A stretch of 64,000 nucleotides of DNA from Phoronis australis (GCA_002633005.1 NMRA01000030.1:1572453-1636452); one strand, 5' to 3'. Numbered from the stretch's first letter, positions 37,483 to 50,175 are shown. A program made the numbers and translations. Notes: generated by a model from the sequence alone, not told the origin.

Positions 37483-38257
37483 TAGCCTTGGTACAAAGCT
37501 GTATACTAAATACTTAATACAGCTTTGCGCCGATGTGGATAAAAAATGACCAGATAAAATATGACACAAAATTAGTAGTGTTATTAAAAACTACACACTT
37601 ATTTGAGTAAATAAATTTATTTTTTGGTTTTGGAAAAATTGGCGTTCTACCGTTATTCTGCTGCTAAATTTGTGGAGCGATCTTCTGCATCAGTTTTCGG
37701 CACCATGAAATATTGCGTCACCTATTGGCAAGTTTCTTTTTTCGCCGATTCTTCTATCAACTGTTGTTCTTTCACGGGGTTGCGTACACGTCACGACAAA
37801 TTATTGGAACTGGTTTCATTTCATTAGAAGTTTTTAAAAATTTGATACCAGCAAACCGAATTTCAGAAGAAATTTTGCTGCTGCCAAGTTATTATCATCT
37901 CCCGAGAGATGTCGCAAAAACATAGGAAATGGCGCGTGCGAGAGTATTGTTTTTGAAACGACGACATAAGTTTTCTTTATTAGAAAAGGCGGAGGATTAC
38001 GCAATAAAATGACGTTCATTAGATTGTTTTTCACTTAAACGGCTTTAACGGGCGAGGTGAGTGTCGGTTGATTCCCAGATTTTGCATGCACCCCGTCCGG
38101 TCTGTAGCTTTACATGTTGATAATACAAGTTTCACGGCGAGGTGACGAGCAGAACTACCCTGGCTGTGTGCAATTTTGGGGTCTACGGAAGAAATACACA
38201 TTATTGGTACCTAGCTGTATTTTGACGACAGTCTTCATACAGCTATCTGGTTGGCTA
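37483..38257 (-). mobile_element. AcademH-like non-autonomous element, intronic uninterrupted copy
   Basis: TAGCC...GGCTA termini; reverse complement aligns with 39582-40323 plus 41966-42001; no TSD detected for this copy. Confidence 0.7.
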
Positions 38258-38556
38258 GGTGCGCCCATGGAATCGGTCGTCAAAAATTCACCCATGGTGC
38301 ATGCACGTGCTGGACTAGGAAAGAATAATGCATTGAGCTTTGACGGATCACACATGATGAAAAAGCCGGAAGTATCGGCATTCCTAACGCAAAGTTGCAA
38401 TTGCAGTGTAAGGATATCTCAACTGGGGAAATTTAGGCGCGTACTAAGATACGTGGGTAACCTACATTGTACACGCATTATTTCATATTTACGTTACCGT
38501 CAATTTTTGTTGTTATAAATATTAAATTACATTAAGTAAAACTCAGAATTCCTCAC

Positions 38557-38944
38557 CTGTGTTTTCTGGCAGCAGTTTTTCCACGTGATCCTTTGCGGCA
38601 GCTAGACTTTCCGGCTTGGTGACGTCCAGTTTAATAGCAGTGCATCTACGCGATGTAGCGATATTCAGCTTTTCCAAACCGTCATCCGTGAGGCATCCGG
38701 CTATCACGCCACATCCTAAGTTATCGAGATATTTAACCAAGTCGTTTCCAAATCCACTGTCACACCCCGTCACTAGAATATATCGGCGCGAAAGGTTTGC
38801 GATGAATTCGTCTTTCCGCCACCAAAGGTAGAGTGGAAAGGCAGCAGCGCTGACTAGGAGTAGAACAGCACCTATTGAAGCTGCAGACCCTTCGGTGTTC
38901 AATACCCAGTCTTTTAACCCTGCCACACAAGCCTGTATCGTCAT
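38557..38944 (-). CDS. SDR9C/RDH-like (RDH/HSD17B6-like) paralog A, coding exon 1
   Basis: ATG at 38944 just after a polypyrimidine/ccag acceptor; transmembrane segment; YILVTGCDSGFGNDL; G|gtgagg donor; four exons total 1002 nt = 333 aa. Confidence 0.92.
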
Positions 38945-40323
38945 GTCTCTGGTTAGGAAACAAAGACAGAGAGAAAAGAGTTCATGGTGTATGCGCTTTC
39001 ACGTACACGTGAATCAGGCTCGATCTGTATTCAAAAATCTTTAGTAAATATCAAAAAAATACGCTTGAAATGTGTAGTAAAAGGTCTTGAAATCGACAGC
39101 AAACGTGGCTCGATCAAACAAAGACAAACGTGCAGAGGGTCTTATTTAATGGCAAAAGAAAGCGGGTGATTACAGTAGGCTAAGCCTATAACCTGGACAG
39201 AGCAGCTGCTCTCCCCTGTCTCTAGAATTGGAAATGGGGCGTGCGCGTCACGAGCGTATTCTTTTAAAACGACGACATAGCTCTTCTTTGTTAGAAAAGC
39301 CGGAGGATTACGCATAGAACTGACGTTTATTAGATTGTTTTCTTCTTAAACGGCTGTAACGGGAACGGTGAGTGTTGTTAGATTCCCAGATTTTGCATGC
39401 ACCCCGTGCGGTCTATAGCTCCACAAGATGATACAGGCTTCACGGCGAGTTGGGCAGAACTACTTTGGCTGTGTGCAATTTCGGGCTCTATGGAAGAAAA
39501 ACACACAGTGGTACCTAGCCAGCCAAGTAGCTGTATGAAGACTACAACTCGGTACCACTGTGGGTTAATCTTCCATAGACCTAGCCTGCCAGCTAGCTGT
39601 ATGAAGACTGTCGTCAAAATACAGCTAGGTCCCACTGTGTGTATTTCTTCCGTAGACCCCGAAATTTCACACAGTCTGGGTAGTTCTGCTCGTCACCGCG
39701 CCGTGAAACTTGTATCAGCATGTAAAGCTAAAAACCGGACGGTGTGCATGCAAAATCTGGGAGTCAACCGACACTTACCTTTCCCGTTACAGCCGTTTAA
39801 GTGAAAAACAATGCAATAAACGTCATTTTCTTGTGTAACTCTCCGCCTGTTCTAACAATGAAAAGTATTTCGTCGTTTTGAAAAAATTACACTCGTGTCG
39901 CGCGCACGCGCCATTTCCTAAATTTTTGCGACATCTCTCGGGTGATGATGATAGCTTGGCAGCAGCAAAATTTCTTCTGAAATTCGATTTTTCGGTATCA
40001 AAATTCTAAAAACTTATAATAAGTGAAACCAGTTCTGACAATTTGTTGTGACGTGTAAGCAAGCTCGTGAAAGAACAACAGTTGATTGAAGAATCGGCGA
40101 AAAAAGAAACTGGCCAATAGGTGACGCAATATTTCACGGCGCCGAAAGCCGTCGCTAACGATCGCTCCACAACTTTAGCAGCAGAATAACGGTAGAACGC
40201 CATTTTTGCCAACAAAGTTAAATAATTTAGTTTACTCAAGGAAGACTGTAGTTTTTAATGACACCAAATTTGTGTTAGATTTTATCTTGCCAGTTTTTAC
40301 CCACATCGGTGTAAAGCTGTATA

Positions 40324-41964
40324 GTCCGGATACCTATCGTCGTCAGGCTCCAAAGGTCGTCCGCCATCTTCTTTCGCGTGCAGCGCAGCCACGCGGGACT
40401 TAGCTTTCCAATTCGAGGAGGCAGTGTGGCCTGGTTGATAAGTGCCCGCTTTCTTTACTCGAGGTCGTGGGTTCAAGTCCCACCAGGTCACACTGCTAAA
40501 CCCTTGAGCCAGGTTTCTAGCTCCTCAGCTCGGTTTTAACCATATATCAATAAAGCATAAAAATATTTCCAGGTGATCATCAGTGCAATGGGCCCACATG
40601 CGAGGTCTGCGCACGTCTGGTACAACGTGTATCAGACCACCTGCAATTATTTTTTTTAGCTTTCCAATTTGGAGTGCTCGTCTGCGCGTTAGGTACTAAC
40701 CTCTCTGGAGAAACACGCATGGAATAACTGAGACTAAAATTAATGCATTTACCGACTGTTTTTTTTTTGAGACCACTTAAAAACTTGTAGATTTTACTAA
40801 TGCACTTTTTTGCTCATTTTCAGAAGATATTTTCGAAATTAAAATTTCTTCAGACGGAACAAAAAGCAACTCAGGGATTGTTTATGCAATGTATCTATTT
40901 GTCCCAGGCACTAACCAAAGCCTGTTAGGCCAAAGGAAAAACGCAGCAGACAAATGGAACACGCTGGGTGCTTAACAGTTTCGGCCCACGCCTTGGTCAT
41001 CAAAATATTGTCCACTTGTTTTTTTATTGCAAAACAAAGTACTGAGCTCAAAATTTATGTTGCATTTTTTTATTAAAGCATTTTGAATTTATTTGAAGAA
41101 AATTAAAATACTTGAATTGATAGAGAATGGCCACCAATAAAGTATATCATTGACTTTATTTCACTATTATATTGCATACAGTGTAATTGTTACATACAAC
41201 ACACCATGATATAATCAAAAATAAAAGAAGAGATTGAGCAATAAAATTCAAATGCGACTTGGGTATTTATTTATTTATTTATGATTGCAAAAGCCTGTTA
41301 AAGATGAGAAAAAATCAAACAATACGATTATGGGTAATTTATTTGAACAATTGTATTGAGGTTCAATGATCAACTTGCGCCGACAAAGTCTCAAAGGGTT
41401 ATAGTTCTGTTCTGGCTGACAAGGTGTTAACAGAGAATGAAGAGAAACTGAAACGAAAAAGTTAGACAGCAAAGATAAGTGGTGTTAAGTACAACAAGAG
41501 CAAAAAGTCAAATAAAGAGGTCACAAACAGAAAATAAGTCTAAGTTCTATCTGGAATAAAACAATCCAGGGCTCAGCCGCGATTTATTTTCCAGAACTGA
41601 AATTATAAATCAATTTTAATCGATTTAAAAATCGATATACTAGTAGAGCAGTTTGTGGTTGAAGTAGAATTGCTGTAAACCACTTTCCACTATTTTCTTG
41701 GCCTTTTTCTGTGTGGTTTTCTGTTCTTTCAAAAGGCGGCAGCATATGACGACCATAGGAGTTATTATAAAATGGCTGCCGAAAAGCAATGCACAGTTGA
41801 ACAACTCGGCATAAGTAAAAGAAAACATTTGAATCAACGAATACTATATATTTGTGAGAGTAAAATCAAATCCTATTCATATCATAACTTTGAAGTGGAA
41901 TAATTGGGTGAGTACGACAACAAGCCGGTTTTATGCTTAGGCGGACGACCATTGGGTTTCCGAG
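40324..41964 (-). mobile_element. Second copy of the 7466-8919 repeat, inserted in the inner AcademH-like copy
   Basis: Interrupts the host motif GCTGTATA...TATACAGC at its TA-rich loop; inverted homology to 7466-8919. Confidence 0.7.
40414..40655 (+). mobile_element. tRNA-derived SINE
   Basis: A-box-like TGGCCTGGTTG, B-box GGTTCAAGTCC, AT-rich tail, 14-bp TSD TTAGCTTTCCAATT (40400-40413, 40656-40669); absent from the homologous position (~8836-8850) of the other repeat copy. Confidence 0.85.
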
Positions 41965-42076
41965 TATATATTTATATAGATACAGCTTTGTACCAAGGCT
42001 ACCATAGACCCCGAAATTGCATACAGCCAGGGTCAAAGTTCTGCTCGTCACCTCGCCGTGAAACTTGTTTCAACAT

Positions 42077-44345
42077 GCACATATTGGACCTGGGAAAGTC
42101 CAAATGGCCAAACAAGAAATCAAATTGATTTTATTTTAACTACAGACAAAAATATCGTCATGAACTGTGAAGTGTTAACAAATGTTAACATTGAAAGTGA
42201 CCACAGAATGGTTAGAGCAAAAATAAGAATCAACGAAAGACTACTAAGGCTTAAAAAAAATACAAAGACTGAGACCATTGAAGGCAAACACAGAACACAT
42301 GGAACAATGCAAAGAGGAATTTCAACTGGCACTACAAAACAGATTTCAAGCTTTAGAAGAAGAGACTCAATCAATAGATACTGTTAACAAAATCCTAACA
42401 GAAGAAATCAAGATCCTACATGAGAAAAAAGGAAAGACAGGCACAAGTCTATCACCTGAAGACACTAAAATTCAACAGATGTACACAAAAAGAAAAGAAC
42501 TGTACAAGAAAGACAAAAAGACAGAAAGAGAAAGAATAGAATGCAATGAACTTAACAAAACAGTGAAAAATGAAGAGAAATAGATCTTGACGAAAAAGAA
42601 CAAAGATGATAATGAACACAATTGTAAAAGGAAAATTACCAAAAGAAATCTCCAAGCAAGGAAATAAAAAGAAGATATCAAAAATGCGAAACTCTAACGG
42701 AGAAATAACAATCAACAGAGAAGAAATACTCAAAATATGTGCCGATTTCTACAAAATTTTGTATGAGAAAACGATGAATCCACCAGAAAAGATGGGAATC
42801 AGGAATCTAGACACAGAACAAGTACCACCTTTTACTTAGGAGGAAGTAGAACATACTCTCAGAAGGATGAAGAAAAGAAAGGCAACAGGAAATGATGATA
42901 TTACAAGCGATATAATTTCGGCAGGAGAACAAGAAAAAAAAACAAATACTTGACAAAAGCATTCAATGTAATTTTAAGGACCCAAACCATCCCAGAATGC
43001 TGGAAAGAAGCAAAAATAATAATATTATTTAAAAAGGAGACCGAAGTGACATAAAAAACTATAGACCCATAAGCTTATTAGCCCATACATACAAACTGTT
43101 CACAAGGCTATTACAAAATAGAATGGAGAAACAACTGAATGAAAATCAACGCCGAGAACAAGCAGGGTTTAGAAAGAGCTAATCAACAACAGACCATCTG
43201 CAAGCCCTTGGACAAACAACTGAAAAATGTAACGAATTTAACCTGCCACTGTGTGTTGGTTTCATAGATTATGAAAAGGCTTTTGATTCAATTGAACACT
43301 TTGCCATCATTGAAGCCCTAAAAACATCAACATAAATGAAACGTATGTAAAATTCCGGCAAAATATTTTTCAGATGCCACCGCCAGAATACACATCGACA
43401 ACCACGTCTCTGAAAGATTCAACATAAAGAGAGGAGTTAGACAGGGAGACCCAATTTCACCTAAACTGTTTACATTGACAATGGAAGAAATCTTCAAATC
43501 TTCAGACCCTCAGAGGGGAATAAACATAGACGGAGAACATCTAACAGACCTAAGATTTGCAGATGATGTTGCTTTGTGCACAGAAGACATAATACAATTA
43601 GAAACAAATTTAAATATACTGAATGAAGAAAGTAACAATATAGGATTAAAAATACACAAGGACAAGACAAAGTAAACGACAAATTTTGAAACAGACGAAC
43701 AAGTAATGGTGGAGAACAAGATCATTGAAAGAGTCACACAATACAAATACCTGGAACAAACTATACAAATGGGAAACCGTATGACCAATGAAAAATAAAT
43801 CCGAATAAGAGCTGGGTGGAGTTGCTTTGGAAAAAACAGAGAAATATTCTTAGATAAGAACATACCCATATCCCTGAAAAGAAAAGTATTTGACCATTGC
43901 ATCACCCCCACAATCACCTTTGGATGCCAAACATGGACCTTAACAAAACAAACAGTTGCCAAGCTAAGAACAACACAGAGAGCAATGGAGAGAAAAATGC
44001 TCGGAATAAAGTTACTAGACAGGATTCCACACACAGAGATAAGGGAACGAACAGAAGTCATGGACATAATCAAGACAATTCTGAAATTGAAATGGAGGTG
44101 GGACGGACACGTCGCCAGAGCACAGGACAACAGATGGACAAAAAGATGCACAGAGTGGCAACCCAGATATGGAAAGAGATCAAGAGGACGGCCCCAAGCC
44201 AGATGGAGAGATGACTTCGTGAAGACGAGAGGCACAACGTGGATGAGAGCGACAAGAGACAGAACAAATTGGAAGGCATTGTCGGAGGGCTACATCCTGC
44301 AGTGGATGGACAATGCCTAGGTACAAGGTACAAGGTATAAGGTAC
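42077..44345 (+). mobile_element. 5'-truncated, degenerate RTE-clade LINE retrotransposon
   Basis: Endonuclease tail WTWESPNGQTRNQIDFIL...SDHR; RT motifs YRPISLL, GVRQGDPISPKLF, LRFADDV; C-terminal KWRWDGHVAR...RGRPQARWRDD; stop at 44318-44320 then an (AGGTACA)n tail; many stops and frameshifts. Confidence 0.92.
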
Positions 44346-46239
44346 TTTTTACCCACATCGGCGCAAAGCTGTATATTTAGTATACAGCTTTGTACCAAGG
44401 CTAAGTGGTACCTAGCTGTATTTTGACGATAGTCTTTATACAGGTAGCTGGCTGGTTACCCTGTCTCAAGAGTTTTTTTGCTGAAGCGTAGACGAGTTGA
44501 CATACTCGTGTATTTGAACGAAAGCAAAAAACGAGAAGGTTACTTTTTCTTATCACTTTACAACTATTTGAAGAGACTGTAAAATGTGTGTAATACTCTT
44601 CTGTCGGTACGCGTGCACTTACAGATTTAAAAAACTGGATGCTAGTCGCGATCTCAAAACTTAAAAAATTAGCCTTGGCATAAATAGCACGAACTTGACG
44701 TGAATAATTGGCTTCTTAAAATCACTGGCGCTTGAATTTATGTGCTCTCCGATCACCACAGACGTCACTCAATATGTTTTTTATATGGTTAAGAGTCATC
44801 TGAAAATTTGAGTTTTTATGCTTAAAATTCTATGCTGAAGCCTTTTATTGTTATCTCCTTTGTGTTGCTACAGATAACGAATTGTGACAAAAAAGTTGGA
44901 TTCTCTCCAGTGGACTTGGCTTAGATCACCAACGTCTTAATGGGAATTATTCACCAGTATTATTCAGAGATTTCACTGATATGATCCTATTATTTGCAGA
45001 ATTGCTTGATCGCTTATTTTTAGTGTTTGCGTTACTGTCTAACTGTAAGAATTAGCCTACACAATGCCTGTCTGACGTACATGTATTTAAGTTATGCAGT
45101 TGAAACGAACCAAAGACGATTTCGAATACGTTATAAAGTGTTTCAAACAACTGGCAAGAGACGCGACGTTTTCTGGGAAAAAATTATTTTCCGGTGAAAA
45201 TTCAACCGTTTGCGGTGCTTCTTCAATTATACCAAGTCCTAAAGAGCTTACCTTCAAAAGCCACCTTTCACCAATATATGTTTTCCTAATTAATGTCCCG
45301 AGACTGGAGTCTCTGACTTGGCGTGCAGGATTGATGGTAGCACCGTTGGCCAATATCACGGTATACAATGTAAGCAATCGTTTAAACGACTAGCTTTTTA
45401 TGGTAATGCAATCCTCTGCTTTGTTGACTCAGCAATCAGCAGATTCGTGCCACTAGCAACAGCTAAAGTAATAGAGAAAGTTTGCTGAGTGAGAAAGTTA
45501 CACAGGGAAACTGTCGGCGCAAAACGATAGTTGGTTAATTGATTATTAACGGTGACATCTATTTATAAATCTTTAGGCCCTCGACTTTTGATACTTCAGA
45601 AAACAAAGTAAACAATGTCTCTGTGCAATACCATTTTTTCGCCCGTTCTCACATAAAGTACCCAATAACGGTAAAGATATAATTTAAAAGAAATATTAGA
45701 TTTTCCATGAACTAAGCATTTGAAGTCATTCCTTTTCAGTGTATAGCAAACTATGTGCAATTGGCACCCTGGATATTCATTTTTGAGGAAGTTGTAACAC
45801 TTTTAATTTTTACACTCCCCTCTACCATTTTGATAACAGCAACGACACCTCCGACGGTACAGACCTAAAGATGTTTCTATTACTTCTAAAATTGGGTATC
45901 AACTTAATTTTAAGTCAGATGTCGTACAGGTAAAAACCTGTTAGTGGCACTATCTTGCTGTGTAATAGCGGTAAAGACATAGCGCTACAGACGTAGCATT
46001 ATCCAGGTACTTTTTGATACTGGGGTTAGATATTATTTCATGTGTCAAAACTTCATCCAGGTAAAGATTGTAACTATATGTAATCAACTTATTTTGACAC
46101 AATAAAAGTTAGGATAATAATATCTACTTGATCTGTAAAAACAGCGAGGATAGTAAAGGCACACGAAATGTAGGGCAGTTTGGAATTTTCTTACCTTTTA
46201 GGTTACGTGAGACCCAAAAAAGTTTGCAAATTTCTGCTT

Positions 46240-47690
46240 TCTAAAACTATATACAGCAGCGCCGATTCCGCCTGCAGGACCTTTTCCGGCTATGTGATTT
46301 TCGAGAAAGTACCATGCCACGTGTTAAGATTTTAAATCAAAAGGATCCCATGTAAGAGTTTGAAATTCATAATTGTTCTTGTACTGGCTGCTGGGACCAT
46401 CAGAAACAAAATGTATGGTGTCGATTCCACGTGACCTGAGATCTCGTAGGACAGGATGCAAGTGGGCCCAAACTGCTGCGTAGTTGTGCCTGGTGTCCGA
46501 ACTCATAATGCAATAACACCTGGTCAAATGTTTCCCATCTGTCGTCACAGTAGCATGACACGTGTGTAGGGAAACGTGCTCTGCTTGCTCCAAAATGCAT
46601 AGACAGGACTTCAACTGTTACCTTACATTGATAATTTTCACTGAAATCAATCTGCAAGAAGCTCTCATGTTCTTTCAGCTTGAAAGAGCATGAGAGAGGT
46701 ACTTTTCAGATGGGGAATCTCAGAAAATTGATGGTGAATTCGAAATTCTTGGTGCATAAGGACTTTGAAATTTGATATTAGCAATAGTGTCCTTCTTTTC
46801 AATCTTCTTTGTCACTCTCATTTCCACTGCTGCATTTTGGTTCTTTGGTTTCCAGAACAGTGTTCCATTCACTATAGGAAATGTTATCGATTGACGTTGT
46901 CAGTTTTTTCCCTGTGTAGATGTTATGATTTTTGTTTTTGCAGTTCTTACATTCATACATGCATCTTTGATTTCTTGTACAGCATACCAACCTTGCGATG
47001 AAACTTTTAAGATTGGGTGTAGCCAAAGGACCGTGTAAATAAAGTTTCGATGCTATTAAGTTCGGCGTTGCAAGTGTACATTGAATGCCACTGCGTCTCC
47101 GTTCTTGACACTTGGTGGTACAACATAAAATGGGCGTAGGCGGGTGAAGTTCGGATACGACAACATGGTTCCAGGATTTTCTATATAAAACTCCTTAAAC
47201 AAATTCCTCATTGTGTCATACAGAAACCGTTTATGGCGTTTGTCTTTGGAATGTGTCATTGTTTCACGTTTCCTAGGTGAGGGCATACTGTTGTCACCTC
47301 TGTCATAAAAACGAACTATCTTGTCTTTTGTTATACCAAAGACAGTTCTTTGTTTTCTGTTATGTTGTAGGATACCCATCTTCTGCGTGTTGTTCTTGAG
47401 GCAAAATTCAGACAGTGACAGCTGAGCCTTAGCCTTGTTCAGCATTCTGTATTTCTTCAAAATCAGTCAGACTACAGCTTGATGATTAAGCTTTTTCTCT
47501 TTCAGCCCTTTAATTTGACCTTTCAATTTCAGTTGAACATCAACACCTAGTGCAAACCCAAAGGTAAAGTCCCGTCTTATTTGCACAGTGTTTCCAGATC
47601 GCAACAACGCGGTAACTTTAGAGGCAGGAGAAACAAAGCAATGCTTTGAAATAGGTTGCTTCTTATACTGTGACACTTTGTTTGTGTCTT
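46240..47690 (-). pseudogene. Sola(2)-like DDD transposase pseudogene, main part
   Basis: Frameshifted motifs FTRLRPFYVVPP, QIDFSENY, IHFVSDGPSSQYKN, WYFLENHIAGKGPAGGIGAAV. Confidence 0.7.
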
Positions 47691-48268
47691 TCAGGCCCGT
47701 AGCCAGGAAAGGCTCCAGCCCCGGCCTATCCGTTAAAGATGGGATAACAACAACAAAACTGTTGCAGCTACTGGTCCTACTAACTACAATGATAACTTTT
47801 GAATTGGGTTCACGTAATCATCGGGCCGTACCCGGTCAACTTCGCCCGAATGGTGCTTGATGATGGGGTCGTGCAGACGATTAGAGAAGGCTTTATGTTA
47901 TTCATCGGTATTGAACGCGCGTGGTGGTTACAACATAGGTAACACGGTACTCTAGAAGTAAATGTCTATACCTAGATATAATAGACTATATTGCAGAGAG
48001 CTCCCAAAAAGTAGTGCGGCGTGAACGTCTTGAAATCGACCAAGAAACAAAATAGCAGAGTAGTTCTTTCTGCTATTTTTATTGTGGCAGAGTACGGTAA
48101 AGTGCAGACATTTTCAAATTTCCACTTTGGCTCTTAATAGGTAGATGATATGCGTGCGTGTACACGTGAGTGCGTTTCCATTCTTTTAAATTCAGAACAC
48201 GGCGATGATAATTAAGTTCGCTATAGGCAGTCCTCCGTCGTTGCAAAAAAAAATCAGACATTTAACTA

Positions 48269-48400
48269 CATGGACGGCGCACCATAGGGGGTTGGGGGGA
48301 TATAGTCCCCACTTTTTTCAGTGCTGCGCCCCCCATGGTCTATGGGCGATGCACCACAGGGAGGCTATAGCCCTCATTTTTAAGTGCTACACCGCCCATG
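48269..48400 (+). mobile_element. Dimeric GC-rich MITE, nested
   Basis: CATGGACGGCG...CACCGCCCATG ends; 5-bp TSD AACTA. Confidence 0.75.
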
Positions 48401-48799
48401 AACTACCGCATTTTCTTGCACTAAGAAAACCCCGACGAGCATGTTTATATTATTAGGGAATGGTAGGTCTAGACCTTATAAAAAACTTTGGTCAATGAAG
48501 AAAGTCTTCTCTTGTCAATCAGTGCCAATGGCGCACAGCCTCTCAGGCGTCATACGAGCAACAAAGTTGATGGAAAAGATTTCCAAGGTTACATGTTATT
48601 ATTCCGTAGGTTCACTATTCCAAAACTCCACTTGGAATCGCTAATGATAAGTTACGAAAAATGTCACATTTTGGCTAAAGATTTGGAATCGCGATTGATC
48701 TGTCACGAAAAAAGCTGTGTTGAATGAGCAGCTCACAGGTGTGTACCGCACGTTGGCTCTGTTTCGATAGGCTTGTGGTCGTCTTAACGTGTCATGATA

Positions 48800-49120
48800 C
48801 ATTTACACTCTCTGCCCCTCCTGTATGCCCCTCTACTTGCTGCCACGTGTATTTCACTTTTTATTTAGCTTCGTATGTATTCATTCCACTTATTGCTTGA
48901 TGATGAGACATGCAGTTTCGAAACATAGCCAGTGTTTTAATTTGTTTGTTTCTTACGCCTCTCAGTGTTTTGATACATAGCTGTACACCTGAAGACAGGA
49001 GACAGTTTCGACGCTATATGTATTAGCGACTCTGTATCAACCTTTCCAACAAAAAGTTTAGTCGTGTTTTCAACGAAATTTGTGTTAACGAAGGGCTGCT
49101 ACCGAACTATACTGATTTTA
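48800..49120 (+). mobile_element. Penelope-like element remnant
   Basis: Hammerhead-like TTGATGATGAGAC-atgca-GTTTCGAAAC at ~48897-48924 and a fragment FNEICVNEGLLPNYT resembling the start of Penelope ORFs. Confidence 0.4.
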
Positions 49121-50175
49121 AAAATGCCAGAACGTACTCATTTTCCATCGTAAGAGATGCGGGCAATTTCGTATGTGCATTTTAATCAGTAATACCCGGA
49201 CGCGTTGTTTTCGCTATAGGTACATGTACATGTACACCACTCAGCTCATCTAAATACCGAAGTATCGTTTATTGTTGCATGCAAAGCATAAAAATTATAC
49301 CCGAGTTCGAAATTTTAGATATTTTCGGAGTAGTGAACCTTCGGAGAAATGTACCTCCAGAGATGTAACTCGCAAAAATACAACCAGGTAAAGTGGCCTA
49401 CTGCTAACCACATTTAGTTTTTACCCGGCCGTGCACAAGGTTCTTTGGGTGAGGTTGTGGCGCAGCGGCCTTAAACTCTTCAGTCGCGTTGCGTTGCGAT
49501 CTTGACATGGATTTGATGAATGCGTCGTGGTTGATAATTCATCAGTATTCCGACTTCATATCGTTCTAAAAATGCAAGTGTGTACTTATTTTAAGACATG
49601 CGGGCAATTTCGCATGCACAAGCATACACACGAAATCTGACCACCGTTTCTAGTGAGCAGTGAACCTTCGAAATAGTGAACCTCCGGACTAGAGAACCTT
49701 CGAAACAGTGGGCTGTTACCGATTCCAGCGATGTAAGCAACTTAAATAACACGCAAAAATAAAACCGAATAAACAATTTCGTCAAGTCATTAGCCGCTTA
49801 AACTTTATATTTCCGTCCGATATGTAATGAGGTGTAATCACTCATTTAAGCATGGCTGATTTGGCAGGTGGTAATGCGAGAACGTTCTCTTTCTGGACCG
49901 CAACCGAATTTGTGTCCCGTTCTTTGCTAGTAACCGTCACAGCGTACTCATTTCTGGTATTACAAAATCTGTCTCATCTCATGAACGTAGAGCTGAGAGC
50001 TATCGTTATGTATACTGATCCCCACCCATAATTAACTTGAAGCTGCGACAAAGGCCTTACCGAAATTTCTACAGTCCACCGTTCTAGAAATTCGAACCGC
50101 CCCCGCTCAGTGCTGGCTACGGGCCTGTCTTTAACTGTTTGATCTTGTTCTTGTATTTCTTTAGTGTATTGTTGT

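Larger units (their letters stand above)
39582..42001 (+). mobile_element. AcademH-like element, inner copy
   Basis: TAGCCT...AGGCTA ends; 9-bp TSD CCATAGACC at 39573-39581 and 42002-42010. Confidence 0.85.
39516..44403 (+). mobile_element. AcademH-like element, middle copy
   Basis: TAGCC...GGCTA ends; 9-bp TSD AGTGGTACC at 39507-39515 and 44404-44412. Confidence 0.85.
39223..44458 (-). mobile_element. AcademH-like element, outer copy of nested cluster
   Basis: 9-bp TSD CCCTGTCTC at 39214-39222 and 44459-44467; 39230-39515 and 44404-44458 are colinear with 37925-38257. Confidence 0.75.
47692..50127. mobile_element. hAT5-like non-autonomous element inserted in the transposase pseudogene
   Basis: Perfect 15-bp TIR CAGGCCCGTAGCCAG / CTGGCTACGGGCCTG; 5-bp TSD TCTTT (47687-47691, 50128-50132). 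Confidence 0.85.

Noticed and set aside
43510-44235. 241-aa minus-strand ORF
   Set aside because: Antisense shadow of the purine-rich RTE ORF; no independent motif.
45087-45393. Overlapping ~100-aa ORFs on both strands; AAG|gtaagc donor near 45250
   Set aside because: No recognisable domain; the donor might belong to an RDH-A 5' UTR exon but this cannot be supported from sequence alone.
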